NCBI GenBank assembly: GCA_905181865.1
Contig: CAJIZG010000005.1
Coordinates: 414,705-478,704, forward strand
DNA: 64,000 nucleotides
Direction of reading: 5' to 3'
Source: Urechidicola croceus
GTDB lineage: Bacteria; Bacteroidota; Bacteroidia; Flavobacteriales; Flavobacteriaceae
Part shown: piece after piece, positions 1 through 10,312 of the stretch
How positions within the stretch are numbered: position 1 is the first letter of the stretch
How the letters are laid out: the number at the start of each line of letters is the position of its first letter
Notes under the pieces: generated by a model
Seen by the model: the letters and a program-made list of their open reading frames with translations, nothing else
The model's database searches: none
Told to the model about the DNA's origin: nothing
Program-made: the position numbers and the translations under genes

Positions 1-177
1 GAAGATGCTTCTTTCGAGTTTCCTATTAAAAAAATGGCTGACATGGCAGAAGCAGGATACTTCGATTATCAAATGCATAGAATAGCAAAAGACTTAGAAC
101 TAAGGCCACATTATAGTCCATATGCTGCAATACTGAGAATGACAACAAATGAAATGATAAAAGGCTGGTTTAGATAA
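1..177 (+). CDS. 3' end of an unidentified CDS running in from the window edge
   Basis: Frame 1 is open from base 1 (EDASFEFPIKKMAD...MIKGWFR) to TAA at 175-177; family not recognised. Confidence 0.6.
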   Translation, partial: EDASFEFPIKKMADMAEAGYFDYQMHRIAKDLELRPHYSPYAAILRMTTNEMIKGWFR

Positions 178-228
178 AAAATTTATGATGGAACATCATG
201 GATTTAAATCTTTATAACAGTAAAAATG

Positions 229-580
229 CTATTTTTTTAGTAAATCCCTACTTTCTGAAAGTAAATCGTTGTCACTTGCGCCAGAAGTTGCAGCTGCTGG
301 AGGAGGCGTTTTTATTTCACTTACTGTTCTAATAACCATAAACATTACAAAAAATACTATTGCAAAATCAATAACGTTGGGGATAAATTCACCCCTATAC
401 TACGGCAAATTCTCCTTCAATTTTCGCGTCAGTATTGGCCATACCCTCATTTATTACTAGTTTTAAATCCTTAAAATTAGTATTGAAAATTCATTCTATA
501 GGTGGAGAAATAATCCCAGCTGTAATATCAGCCAAACCAATCTTCATACCGAAGGCCTTAAACTCTTTTAGTATTTTCAT
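229..580 (-). pseudogene. mscL: Large-conductance mechanosensitive channel pseudogene
   Basis: Manual translation gives the MscL N-terminus MKILKEFKAFGMK and C-terminus NVIDFAIVFFVMFMVI...NDLLSESRDLLKK*. Most of TM1 (GNVVDLAVGVIIG) is missing, there are internal TGA/TAG stops and a frameshift, and it sits downstream of alr as usual in Flavobacteriaceae. Confidence 0.88.
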
Positions 581-624
581 ATTTTAAGATTTAAATTAAT
601 CATAGAACTTTAATATAACTAAAA

Positions 625-1731
625 TCAAGAAATAACAACTCTTCTGACGCGTTGGGATATTGCGGTTAATAGTTCGTATGAAATTGTATCTGATTGTTTC
701 GCGAGAAATTCTACACTTTGTTGATTATCAAAAATGATAACATCGTCTCCTGGTTTACAATTTATATTTGTAATATCTACCATCATCATATCCATACAAA
801 TATTTCCAACAATTGGAGCTCGTTGATTATTGATTTTTACGCAAACTTTTCCATTTCCAAGCCTTCTGCTTAATCCATCAGCATGGCCGATGGCCACAGT
901 AGCCGTTTTCATCTTATTTGAAGCCGAAAAAGATCTGTTATAACCTACACTTTCTCCTGGTTCAATTTCGTGAATCTGTGTGATAACGGTTTTTAAAGAA
1001 ATCACATTTTTTAGATTGTTAGTTTCAGAGACATCATTTGCAAATCCATAGACACCAATGCCAAGGCGGACTAAATCAAAATGGGCTTCTGGATAATTGA
1101 TTATGCCAGAAGTATTACATAAATGGCGGGTAGGAACGAATCCAAATATTAATTTAAATTGAGTTGTAATATTATTGAATTTCTCAATTTGATTTTTTGT
1201 AAATTCGATTTCATTTTTATCTTCAGAAGCAGCTAAATGTGAAAAGAGTGATTGTATAAAAATGGTCTGATTTAGTTCTAATTCTTTATGTAAATAGGGA
1301 AGGTCGTTTATAGAAAATCCGAGTCGATTCAATCCAGTATTAAATTTAAGATGAATCGGGTAATTTTTTAGTTTATTCTCCCTTGTTAATTTAAGAAAAC
1401 TTGAAAAAACATGTTTATTATATAAACTTGGTTCTAGATCATTTACAATAAGTGACTCTAAATTGTCGGCTTGGGGATGTAGAACTAATATTGAAGTTTT
1501 AATACCTGCATTTCTCAACGCAATACCTTCCATCGCATAGGCTACGGCAAAATAAGAGACATGTTGTTCGATGGATTTTGCAATTTCAATAGCGTCACTT
1601 CCATATCCAAAAGCCTTAACAACAACCATGATATCAGTCGTGTCTTTAAGTTTAGATTTAAAATAATTTAAGTTGAATTCTACCGCTTTTAAATCAATTT
1701 CTAGCGTTGTAACATGGTTATTATTAATCAT
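625..1731 (-). CDS. alr: Alanine racemase
   Basis: [11 protein letters not shown]-lysine motif, SHLA, GYADG-like GHADG, GNICMDM. Confidence 0.97.
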   Translation of the reverse strand: MINNNHVTTLEIDLKAVEFNLNYFKSKLKDTTDIMVVVKAFGYGSDAIEIAKSIEQHVSYFAVAYAMEGIALRNAGIKTSILVLHPQADNLESLIVNDLEPSLYNKHVFSSFLKLTRENKLKNYPIHLKFNTGLNRLGFSINDLPYLHKELELNQTIFIQSLFSHLAASEDKNEIEFTKNQIEKFNNITTQFKLIFGFVPTRHLCNTSGIINYPEAHFDLVRLGIGVYGFANDVSETNNLKNVISLKTVITQIHEIEPGESVGYNRSFSASNKMKTATVAIGHADGLSRRLGNGKVCVKINNQRAPIVGNICMDMMMVDITNINCKPGDDVIIFDNQQSVEFLAKQSDTISYELLTAISQRVRRVVIS

Positions 1732-2344
1732 TAACTTCTTCTAAGTTCGATGGATTTTGCTTAGTATCAGGATGCGTTGCTTGGTAATATGCAGCACGAC
1801 TAAGAGGTTCATACTCTTGAGTTTCTCCTAGCATTACAATGTTTTCATTTGAAGATTTTCTATGGCTAAAATGTGCTAAATTTCCTGTATGAGTGCAGAC
1901 GGCATGTACTTTAGTTACATATTCAGCCGTGGCCATTAAAGCAGGCATAGGACCAAAAGGGTTGCCTTTAAAATCCATATCTAAACCAGCAATTATAACG
2001 CGAACCCCTCTATTTGCCAAATCATTACAAACAGAAACTATTTCATCATCAAAAAATTGCGCTTCATCAATACCAACAACATCTACATCACTTGCCAATA
2101 ATCTGATATTAGCTGAAGAAGGAACAGATGTTGATCTTATTTCATTAGAATCGTGTGAAATTACTTTTTCTTCATCATATCTTACATCAACAGATGGTTT
2201 GAATATTTCTACTTTCTGTTTTGCAAATTGGGCTCTTTTAAGCCTACGTATTAATTCTTCCGTTTTACCAGAGAACATAGAGCCACATATAACTTCAATC
2301 CAGCCAAATTGTTCTGTATGATTTACGGTGTTTTCGAGAAACAT
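1724..2344 (-). CDS. tdk: Thymidine kinase
   Basis: [12 protein letters not shown]-loop, IDEAQFF, GLDMDF; overlaps the alr start. Confidence 0.97.
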   Translation of the reverse strand: MFLENTVNHTEQFGWIEVICGSMFSGKTEELIRRLKRAQFAKQKVEIFKPSVDVRYDEEKVISHDSNEIRSTSVPSSANIRLLASDVDVVGIDEAQFFDDEIVSVCNDLANRGVRVIIAGLDMDFKGNPFGPMPALMATAEYVTKVHAVCTHTGNLAHFSHRKSSNENIVMLGETQEYEPLSRAAYYQATHPDTKQNPSNLEEVND

Positions 2345-2399
2345 TTTGTAATTTTCGGACTTGTAAGGGTTAAAATGAATTATTTATTTGGTAACCATA

Positions 2400-2407
2400 C
2401 AAATGTA
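2400..2407 (-). promoter_or_regulatory. Bacteroidota -7 promoter element (TACATTTG) for tdk-alr
   Basis: Matches TAnnTTTG about 55 bp upstream of the tdk ATG. Confidence 0.55.
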
Positions 2408-2448
2408 TTAAAATATATATTATCAATACTTAATAAAACTATCAACTT

Positions 2449-3246
2449 ATGCACAAAAAATTAGAAGCTGAACTTGTTAGTCTTGCTCATAATATTCTAC
2501 AGATGAAGAATAAAAGCGATGCCATTGCCCTTAGGGAAAAGGCTCGACTTTTGTATGAGAGATTGTCCGTTTTAACTTTTGTAGATGAGTATCTAAAGAC
2601 CACTCCAAATGCGGTTGAAACTAAGGAAAAAATTATTGCCAAAATCGAGGCTATTGAAAAAGTAGAATTGATTGGTGGAAAAGATGAAGTTGAGGAACTA
2701 ATAGAGCAATTAGTTGAGGATAAAATTGAGAATCCTGTTAAGGTTGAAATCAAAGAAGAAAAGGAAATAGTTACTGATATTGAAAATGATTTTATTGAAG
2801 AACCTGAAGAACCTGAAGAACCTGCAGAACCTGAAGAACCTGTTGAAGTTGAAATTGAACAGACGATTTTTTTAGAAAAAGAGATTTCAGAATCAAAGAA
2901 GCAAATAACTTTGCAAGAAGAGTTTAAAGATTCTGTTTCGGTAGATGTTACCACAAATTTATTTACAAAAATTGAAGATAAAATTTTAAAAGGAAAACCT
3001 TCTCTGAATGACACCTTAAAAAGTAATATTCAGGTGGGGCTTAATGATAGAATTGCTTTTGTAAAGTATTTATTTGATCACTCACAAGCAGATTTTAATA
3101 GAGTATTGTCTCAATTAAATTCTTTTAAGACGGAACAAGAGGCTATGAGCTTTATAAATAAAATGGTGAAGCCGGACTATGATTGGAGGGGAAAGGAAGA
3201 ATACGAAACCAGATTTCTGGAATTGGTCAAAAGAAAATTTTTATAA
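2449..3246 (+). CDS. Conserved Flavobacteriaceae hypothetical protein with acidic linker
   Basis: 265 aa ORF with a conserved-looking C-terminus (IQVGLNDRIAFVKYLF...RFLELVKRKF) and an E/P-rich middle. Confidence 0.75.
   Translation: MHKKLEAELVSLAHNILQMKNKSDAIALREKARLLYERLSVLTFVDEYLKTTPNAVETKEKIIAKIEAIEKVELIGGKDEVEELIEQLVEDKIENPVKVEIKEEKEIVTDIENDFIEEPEEPEEPAEPEEPVEVEIEQTIFLEKEISESKKQITLQEEFKDSVSVDVTTNLFTKIEDKILKGKPSLNDTLKSNIQVGLNDRIAFVKYLFDHSQADFNRVLSQLNSFKTEQEAMSFINKMVKPDYDWRGKEEYETRFLELVKRKFL
2797..2841 (+). repeat. 9-bp coding tandem repeat (GAAGAACCT x5, one variant) encoding EEPEEPEEPAEPEEP
   Basis: Read directly from the sequence. Confidence 0.9.
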
Positions 3247-3265
3247 TTTAGAATAGCAATACACA

Positions 3266-3883
3266 ATGTTTACAGAAGGAGCAATAGCAATTTTTCAAAG
3301 GGTCATAGATACATATCATGTTATTAATGCGGTAGATCAAAATTACTCGAACCCTTATAATAAAGAGGAATCATTATTAGATTTTTTATTACATAGAAAG
3401 TGTTGGATAGATACTGTTCAATGGCATTATGAAGACATTATTAGGGATCCTGAGATTGATACAGTGGTGGCTTTAAAGTTAAAGCGACAAATAGATGCTT
3501 CTAATCAAGATAGAACAGATATGGTTGAATATTTGGATAATTATTTTCTTGAAAAATATAAAAGTGTTGAGACGAAACCCGTTGCAAAAATAAATTCTGA
3601 AAGTCCTGCTTGGGCAATTGATCGTTTGTCTATATTGGCTTTGAAAATTTATCATATGCAAGAAGAGGCGGATCGATATGATGCATCTGAAGACCACAGA
3701 GTCAGTTGTCAAAAGAAATTAAATATATTAGTAGAGCAAAGAGTTGATCTGACTACTGCTATTGATGATCTGTTACATGACATTGAAAATGGCGACAAGT
3801 ACATGAAAGTTTATAAACAAATGAAAATGTACAATGATGACGAATTAAATCCTGTACTTCGCTCTCAAAATAAGGGGCACTAA
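3266..3883 (+). CDS. DUF4254 family protein
   Basis: WIDTVQWHYEDIIR, IDASNQDRTD and NSESPAWAIDRLSILALKIYHM are typical of this family, which usually precedes a GT9. Confidence 0.85.
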   Translation: MFTEGAIAIFQRVIDTYHVINAVDQNYSNPYNKEESLLDFLLHRKCWIDTVQWHYEDIIRDPEIDTVVALKLKRQIDASNQDRTDMVEYLDNYFLEKYKSVETKPVAKINSESPAWAIDRLSILALKIYHMQEEADRYDASEDHRVSCQKKLNILVEQRVDLTTAIDDLLHDIENGDKYMKVYKQMKMYNDDELNPVLRSQNKGH

Positions 3884-3890
3884 TAGTATC

Positions 3891-4916
3891 ATGGCTCATT
3901 TACCGAAACATATTCTTGTAATTCGACTCTCGGCGATGGGCGACGTAGCTATGACCATACCAGTTTTACGTGCTTTTATTGAAAAATACCCAAATGTTAA
4001 AATAACAGTACTGACGAGATCCTTTTTCTCTCCATTTTTTAGGGATTTGAATACTGTGACAGTATACCCCATAGATGTGAAAGGAAAGCATAAAGGAATT
4101 ATTGGTTTGTACAGATTGTCTAAAGAACTTAGAAAATTACGTATTGATTTTGTTGCCGATTTGCATAATGTGCTGCGAAGTACTTTGTTAAATATTTTTT
4201 TATTTGGAATTAAGGTAGTGCAGGTTGATAAGGGTAGAAGTGAAAAAAAAGCCTTAGTAGCGGGATCAGTATTTAAGCAACTAAAAACAACACATCAACG
4301 GTATGCAGAAGTGTTTGAAAAATTAGGCTTTTATCTTGATCTGAAGAATCCTGTATATCCTAACAAGTATTCTTTGAGTCAATCATTGATCTCAATTCTT
4401 GGTGAAAAGAGTACTAATTGGATTGGTATTGCTCCGTTTGCTAAACATGAATCTAAAATGTATCCATTAGAGTTGATGAAAGAAGTCATTAAGACACTCT
4501 CAACATCGTATTCAATATTATTATTTGGTGGTGGCCAAAAGGAAGTTGAAGTTTTAAAATCAATTGAAAAGGATAATGAGTCTGTAACGAACTTGGCAGG
4601 AAGACTCACCTTAAATGAAGAATTGGATATAATTTCAAATTTGGATGTTATGCTTTCTATGGATTCTGGAAATGCTCATATAGCGGCTATTTATGGTATA
4701 CCGGTTGTGACAATTTGGGGTGTTACACATCCTTATGCTGGTTTTTATCCTTTTAATCAACAAAGTGCCAATTCACTATTAGCAGATAGGAAGAAATACC
4801 CAAGAATACCTACTTCTATTTATGGAAATAAGTACCCAGAGAATTATAAGGATGCCGCTGGTTCGATTCACCCGAGATTAGTAATTGAAAAAATAAAATT
4901 CCTTATTGAAGTATAA
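3891..4916 (+). CDS. Glycosyltransferase family 9 (heptosyltransferase-like)
   Basis: VIRLSAMGDV, DLH, DSGNAHIAA motifs. Confidence 0.92.
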   Translation: MAHLPKHILVIRLSAMGDVAMTIPVLRAFIEKYPNVKITVLTRSFFSPFFRDLNTVTVYPIDVKGKHKGIIGLYRLSKELRKLRIDFVADLHNVLRSTLLNIFLFGIKVVQVDKGRSEKKALVAGSVFKQLKTTHQRYAEVFEKLGFYLDLKNPVYPNKYSLSQSLISILGEKSTNWIGIAPFAKHESKMYPLELMKEVIKTLSTSYSILLFGGGQKEVEVLKSIEKDNESVTNLAGRLTLNEELDIISNLDVMLSMDSGNAHIAAIYGIPVVTIWGVTHPYAGFYPFNQQSANSLLADRKKYPRIPTSIYGNKYPENYKDAAGSIHPRLVIEKIKFLIEV

Positions 4917-4928
4917 AGGTTGTTGGTA

Positions 4929-5279
4929 TTATTTGTTTAGATTGGCGGCTAATTTCTCTAGAACTTTTGGACTGTTTCCAATAAAAATTTCGTCATCGAC
5001 TATAACTACAGGTCTTTTTAAAAATGTATATTCATCTAGAATCAATTGGCGGTAATCTTCTTCACTTAGGGCTTGATTTTTTAAATCCATTTGTTTGTAT
5101 TTTTTGGCACGTCTGCTAAAAAGAGTCTCGAAACGACCACTTAGTTTACCCATTTGTTCTAATTGAGAAACTGTGATTGGATTTGTTTTAATTTCATGAT
5201 ATTCAAAACCATCTAACTTCAATGATTTTATAATCTTTCTACAGGTGTCACAAGTTTTGAGGTGGTAAATTTTTTTCAT
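4929..5279 (-). CDS. ArsC/Spx family protein
   Basis: CDTCRK and LKRPV motifs. Confidence 0.9.
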   Translation of the reverse strand: MKKIYHLKTCDTCRKIIKSLKLDGFEYHEIKTNPITVSQLEQMGKLSGRFETLFSRRAKKYKQMDLKNQALSEEDYRQLILDEYTFLKRPVVIVDDEIFIGNSPKVLEKLAANLNK

Positions 5280-5335
5280 GAAGTAAAATTAGTTTCTTTC
5301 TTGAAAAAATCAATATTTTTGAGGAAAATTTAAAG

Positions 5336-5791
5336 ATGACCAATCACTTCGATCTACTTTCAAAGGGAAGAGTACTTATTTTAAAAGTTATAAATGATTT
5401 TTCGATGGACCAATTGAATAAAATTCCGGAGGGATTTAATAATAATATTGCTTGGAATGTGGCACATTTGTTGGTTACACAGCAATTACTGTGTTATAAG
5501 TTTTCGGGATTGCCATTAGCGGTTTCTGATAAAATGGTTAAGACTTTTGTAAAAGGGACTTCTCCTCAAGAGGATATTTCACATCAAGAGTTTGAAGAAA
5601 TTAAAAGACTGTTTATAGAACTTCCTGAAAAATTAGCAGCTGATTTCAATAATGAATTATTTACAAGTTATACACCATATACCACAAGTGTAAATGTGAC
5701 CATATCAGATATTTCTTCGGCTATCGTTTTTAATAACTTTCATGAAGGGATTCATCTTGGTATTATTTTAGGGTTGAGAAAATTAGTATAA
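5336..5791 (+). CDS. DinB family protein
   Basis: NNIAWNVAHL and FHEGIHLG metal-binding His motifs. Confidence 0.88.
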   Translation: MTNHFDLLSKGRVLILKVINDFSMDQLNKIPEGFNNNIAWNVAHLLVTQQLLCYKFSGLPLAVSDKMVKTFVKGTSPQEDISHQEFEEIKRLFIELPEKLAADFNNELFTSYTPYTTSVNVTISDISSAIVFNNFHEGIHLGIILGLRKLV

Positions 5792-5866
5792 TTTCTCTCC
5801 CTTTTATTGAAGGTAAAAAAGGAGAATTGAAATAATGTTATTTGTATTTCTGAAATTAAGAAAGCA

Positions 5867-6680
5867 TTAATTGAGATAGTAGATGTAGCCTACATGAAGC
5901 CAAATAAGCCAATCAACAAATTTATTGGCAACATCGTCACGGGCATTTAGCCCATCCACCCAGTTTGAAAAGAAGTATTGATGCCTACTTTCAATAAAAA
6001 AATCGGAGTATTCGCTCAATTTATAACGGGTACCTACTCCTAAAGTAGCAGACATGGTAATTCCTCTAGAATCTCTCGCCCTGTCTGGTCCAGCCCATTT
6101 GGGAAACAAGAGGCTGTAATCAGCTTTCCAATCTCCATCTCCATATCTAGTTGAAATAGTTGGGTTATAAAAATTGACCATAGCCCCTAAACTGATGTAG
6201 GGAGACCATTTTAAATTTGGATTTCTTCGAGAGGCAAAATCATTAATATCTACGAAATGGTATTCTATGGCAGAGCCTAAATTCCAGGTGCGAGCTTTAC
6301 CATGCATTGCCCGCAGTTTCTCACCATATAACTCCTTTATTGATTTTTATCCATTTGCCATAATGTTCAAGAGGTGCAGAATGGTACGATAGTTCAGATC
6401 GAATCTTAAAATGTTGCGCCCAATAACTAATTTGATGATTCCATCGGTAGCGATAATTAGTAAATGTTAAATAATGTATAATTCCAAAACCTATACCATA
6501 GTTTTTCGTAATATTAGAATCTGTATTATATCTTGCTCCATAATCCGTAGTGTAATTAGACATACCAAAAGCAGCAGCTATCTCATGACTCCTTTCGCTT
6601 CGAACTTTCTGCGAATGAGAAGGGAGTACAAACAAGGATACAATTAGTAATGGGGTGATTATTTTTATTATATGATTCAA
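5867..6680 (-). pseudogene. Outer-membrane beta-barrel protein (THC0290_0291-like), split by a frameshift
   Basis: Two consecutive ORFs (6321-6680 with signal peptide; 5867-6307 ending in GYIYYLN) join by a frame change near 6330-6345. A single lesion, so a sequencing error is not excluded. Confidence 0.65.
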
Positions 6681-6733
6681 TCGCTTTTTCTATTAACCAA
6701 ATGTAATAAATTCATAGAGGTATGTTTAGAACG

Positions 6734-8326
6734 TTATTCTAATATAAATGTTTTGTCAGATATCCAATTGGATTGAACTTCAATTTTTTCAGGAAAATAA
6801 ATGATTTTTTCTGGTTGAATTCTATTCAAAAAATTTCCAGAATCCCATTTTTTATTTTTGTTAGTATCAAAAATTATCCGAATCCAATAATTAGATGTTT
6901 CAAGGTTTTCGAACCGAAAGTAAGATTCGTTTTCAGAATATATACTTTCAATAATAGCATCTTGATTATCTAAAAGTTGAACTATAATAGGGAAGTTTCT
7001 AATATTTTTTACTGTAAAGGAAATAATACCATAATCGTCTGGTGCCTTGGTTTTTATGTTAAAATTCAAGGTGTCATTCACATTGCCAAATAAATCCGTA
7101 ATCGCCTCAGGGAGAAATTTGAATTTGTATTCTTGGTTCGATTGTACTTCAAAATCGAATTTTAATTTCATTTTAGACTGATCAAACGAAGTAATGTATG
7201 AAACATCAAGAGAGTCCTTATCAAGAATAGTTATTTTCCTTCTGTTTATTTTGTCAATAGGAATGTTAGTCGCTATCGAAAAAGTATCTTTTAGATTTAA
7301 TGTCCCACTATATTTTGACGAAACCATTAAAGAATCAAGTTCTTTAGACCTCAATCTAACCGTAAATTCTTTCATATACTCATTCTGGGAAACTTTAAAA
7401 ACAAGAGAGTCTCTTTCCATTGGAGTGTACCAATAACTAACAGAATCTTTTCCTTCTTCATATACCAGGGCTGATTTAAAATCTGGAATAGAATCAGAAA
7501 GCAAGTCGATTTTCATGTTCTTCGGATCACCTTCATAGCCAAAATAAATACGTCCCTTTTTAACTTCAGAAGGTCTAGTTGCTTCAAAGGCAGGAACTTC
7601 CTTAAACAAGGATATATCATAGGTATCTTCAGTTGGTAACGTTATGAATTCTGAGTAAAACCCAATTTTATCTTGTCTGGGGTCATACCTGTAATTGCTC
7701 GTAAAATCTCTTAGGGCAATTATTAGGTATTTACCTTCTTTTAAATTTGTAATCTCAAAGTTAACACTGTCTATCGTTTTTCCTGCGTAAGTTGGTTGCT
7801 CCTTAAAGATAATTGAATCGGTATATGCTTCGGTAATTTTATACAATAGCACAGAAAAATTTTCTATGGTATCTTTTCGAATAGCATCTTTAATACTTCC
7901 TTTTATTTTTAAGGAATCAATATAATCACCAGTAGAAAAAACATATTTGTAATTAATTATAGCGTTTCCTTCATTATTATCTTCTACACTATTTCCAAAA
8001 TTTAAAGTATAGGTCGTGTTTTTTTGTAGTGTATCTAATATTCTAATTTTGAGCGTTTTGCTCGCCGAACCAGCCGGCGTAATAATTGGTCTGTTTTTCA
8101 TGGGAGGAGAAATGACCAATTGATTATTCACATCTTTTAATTTAACATATTCGTTAAAATTAAGTCTTATTTTTTCTTCTTTAAAATGTATTGATTCGTG
8201 AGATGGTTCTGCATTCAAAAAAATAGGTGGATCCACATCTTCTTCTCCGCCTTCAGGCTTTCCTCTTCGGGCGCAACCAACAAATATTAAAATACCAACA
8301 AGAATAGATAAAAAACGAAAAATCAT
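6734..8326 (-). CDS. Ig-like domain-containing lipoprotein
   Basis: Lipobox FVGC followed by ARRGKPEGG...DPP; FNEYVKL, YTLNFGNSVEDNNEGN. Confidence 0.85.
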   Translation of the reverse strand: MIFRFLSILVGILIFVGCARRGKPEGGEEDVDPPIFLNAEPSHESIHFKEEKIRLNFNEYVKLKDVNNQLVISPPMKNRPIITPAGSASKTLKIRILDTLQKNTTYTLNFGNSVEDNNEGNAIINYKYVFSTGDYIDSLKIKGSIKDAIRKDTIENFSVLLYKITEAYTDSIIFKEQPTYAGKTIDSVNFEITNLKEGKYLIIALRDFTSNYRYDPRQDKIGFYSEFITLPTEDTYDISLFKEVPAFEATRPSEVKKGRIYFGYEGDPKNMKIDLLSDSIPDFKSALVYEEGKDSVSYWYTPMERDSLVFKVSQNEYMKEFTVRLRSKELDSLMVSSKYSGTLNLKDTFSIATNIPIDKINRRKITILDKDSLDVSYITSFDQSKMKLKFDFEVQSNQEYKFKFLPEAITDLFGNVNDTLNFNIKTKAPDDYGIISFTVKNIRNFPIIVQLLDNQDAIIESIYSENESYFRFENLETSNYWIRIIFDTNKNKKWDSGNFLNRIQPEKIIYFPEKIEVQSNWISDKTFILE

Positions 8327-8447
8327 CTGGTTAAACGGGCTCTTTTAGAGGTTATTACTTTATGTTGATTAACAACTTTCTTAAAAAATTATGTGATGCA
8401 AAGAAACGATTTATTTTTTTCATACCTGTATGAAAGGTTTAGATATT

Positions 8448-9134
8448 TTATTCTGTATATGCTATAACAGCAATACTTACTGTAGCGTTTTTACACTTCA
8501 AGAATTGGTTTGAACACGCCTCTAAAGTAGCACCTGTTGTAATCACATCATCAATTAAAAGTACATGACAGTTTTCAAAGAAAGAAAGATCTTTTATTTC
8601 AAAATGGTTCTGAACATTTAACCAGCGTTCCATTTTTCCTTTCCTTGTTTGTGTTTCTGTACTATCAATTTTTTGCAATTCATTTTCAATGAGTGTTTTG
8701 GAAAGCGTTTGAGCGAGTGCTTCTCCAAACTTAGTCAATTGATTATAGCCTCTTTTTCTTCTTTTTTTTGGATGGATGGGAACTGGGACAATATAATCGA
8801 TAGATTTAAACCGATTACTGGATTTTAGATCTTCACCAAGCCAATACCCGAGTACTTCTCCTATTTCTTGATGGTTGCGGTATTTTAATTGGTGTATTAA
8901 TTCTTGAACCTTGCCTTTTTTATGAAAGTAAAATAAAGCAGTAGCCTCTTTAATTGGTGATCTACCGTGAAAAAGTTTTTCCAATTGATTATTTGACACA
9001 TTTGTGAAATCTGTTTGTGGAAAGTCATGCCTGCAAAAAGTACAAATACTCGACTCATTAGAATACAATTGATTTTTGCATGCTAAGCAGACTTCGGGAA
9101 AGAACAGATCAAATATGTCTTTAAATAATTGCAA
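8448..9134 (-). CDS. ComF family phosphoribosyltransferase-like protein
   Basis: N-terminal CxxC pairs, RGYNQ, LLIDDVITTGATL. Confidence 0.92.
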   Translation of the reverse strand: MQLFKDIFDLFFPEVCLACKNQLYSNESSICTFCRHDFPQTDFTNVSNNQLEKLFHGRSPIKEATALFYFHKKGKVQELIHQLKYRNHQEIGEVLGYWLGEDLKSSNRFKSIDYIVPVPIHPKKRRKRGYNQLTKFGEALAQTLSKTLIENELQKIDSTETQTRKGKMERWLNVQNHFEIKDLSFFENCHVLLIDDVITTGATLEACSNQFLKCKNATVSIAVIAYTE

Positions 9135-9298
9135 TTTTTTTTATGTGGTTGTATCAAAGCAGTAATTTAAGAATTAAATAGTAGAAATATTGATCTTATT
9201 TTTAGAATTTTAAAATAGTTTTTCTCTATTTAATTACTTGTAAATTCAAATAATATGTTGATTTGTGAAATTTTGAGTAAGTTTGACCGTTAATAAGG

Positions 9299-10210
9299 GT
9301 GTCAATATTAAAACTAGAAATTATGGAAAACAAAAAACCGCTAATTAAGCAAATTGTTATAGGTGTTCTAATAGTATTACTTTTAGTCTCCTTAGGGTAT
9401 ACCTATCAAATTAAAAATGAAGCGTCAGAAATGAAGGTGTACTTGACAGAGGAGAAAGAAAATATTCAGGGGGAGTTGGACAAAATGATTTCGCAATATG
9501 ATGATGCTATTGCCCAAAATTCTAGTTTGTCTGAAGAGTTGGAAGAGGAGCGAGCGCTAATTATTGTTTTTCGTGATTCGGTTAGTAATTTGAAAGATAC
9601 CAATAAAAGTATCATTCGTAGATACCGCGGTAAAATTGCCTCCATTGATGCCTCTAATAAAGAATTGTTTGAGCGTATTGAACAATTACAAGCAGAGAAT
9701 GTAAGTTTGAATAAAAATATTAAAGAAGCATATGTTGAAATTGAAAATAGAGATAAGAAAATAGATACTTTAAATCAGTTTAACACAGAGTTAACAGATA
9801 AGGTAACAACAGGGTCAATTTTAAAAGTGAATGCTGTTAAGGTGAATGTCATGCGCAGAACAAATGGCGGGCAATTAAAGGAAACTACGCGATCTAGAAA
9901 TACGGATGCTCTTCGCGTTAGTTTTACAATTTCAGAGAATCAATTGGCAGAAGTTGGCTCTAGAGAAGTTCATGTTCAAGTATTGAATCCAGCGGGTGAT
10001 TTGGTTTTAGACAAGGGTACGACTGTATTAAATGATGGAGCCACTGAAATTCAGTACTCAGATGGATTTGATGTAGAATTTGTCAATGATAAGTTAGAAG
10101 TGATTAATGTTGTAGAAGTAAATAGAAAAGAAATTGACAAAGGAAAATATACCGTCAACGTATACCTCGATGGTAGATTTGTAGGCCTTACTAATTTTAC
10201 ACTAAAATAG
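9299..10210 (+). CDS. Membrane-anchored coiled-coil hypothetical protein (likely start ATG 9323)
   Basis: N-terminal TM helix, long heptad region and beta-rich C-terminus; TAAGTTTG promoter at 9278-9285. Confidence 0.75.
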   Translation: MSILKLEIMENKKPLIKQIVIGVLIVLLLVSLGYTYQIKNEASEMKVYLTEEKENIQGELDKMISQYDDAIAQNSSLSEELEEERALIIVFRDSVSNLKDTNKSIIRRYRGKIASIDASNKELFERIEQLQAENVSLNKNIKEAYVEIENRDKKIDTLNQFNTELTDKVTTGSILKVNAVKVNVMRRTNGGQLKETTRSRNTDALRVSFTISENQLAEVGSREVHVQVLNPAGDLVLDKGTTVLNDGATEIQYSDGFDVEFVNDKLEVINVVEVNRKEIDKGKYTVNVYLDGRFVGLTNFTLK

Positions 10211-10235
10211 AGAGAAAATAATTTTTTTAAAGAAG

Positions 10236-10266
10236 ATGGCGGTACATTTGTTACCGTCATTTTTTT
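10236..10266 (+). terminator. Rho-independent terminator
   Basis: Stem ATGGCGGTA/TACCGTCAT followed by a T-tract. Confidence 0.7.
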
Positions 10267-10300
10267 GATTTTAAATACTTTAAATTGTTAAAACCTTTAC

Positions 10301-10308
10301 TATTTTTG
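10301..10308 (+). promoter_or_regulatory. -7 promoter element TATTTTTG immediately before glyQS
   Basis: TAnnTTTG consensus 4 nt upstream of the ATG. Confidence 0.6.
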
Positions 10309-10312
10309 CAGC

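Noticed and set aside
269-460. 63-aa + strand ORF
   Set aside because: Antisense shadow of the mscL pseudogene.
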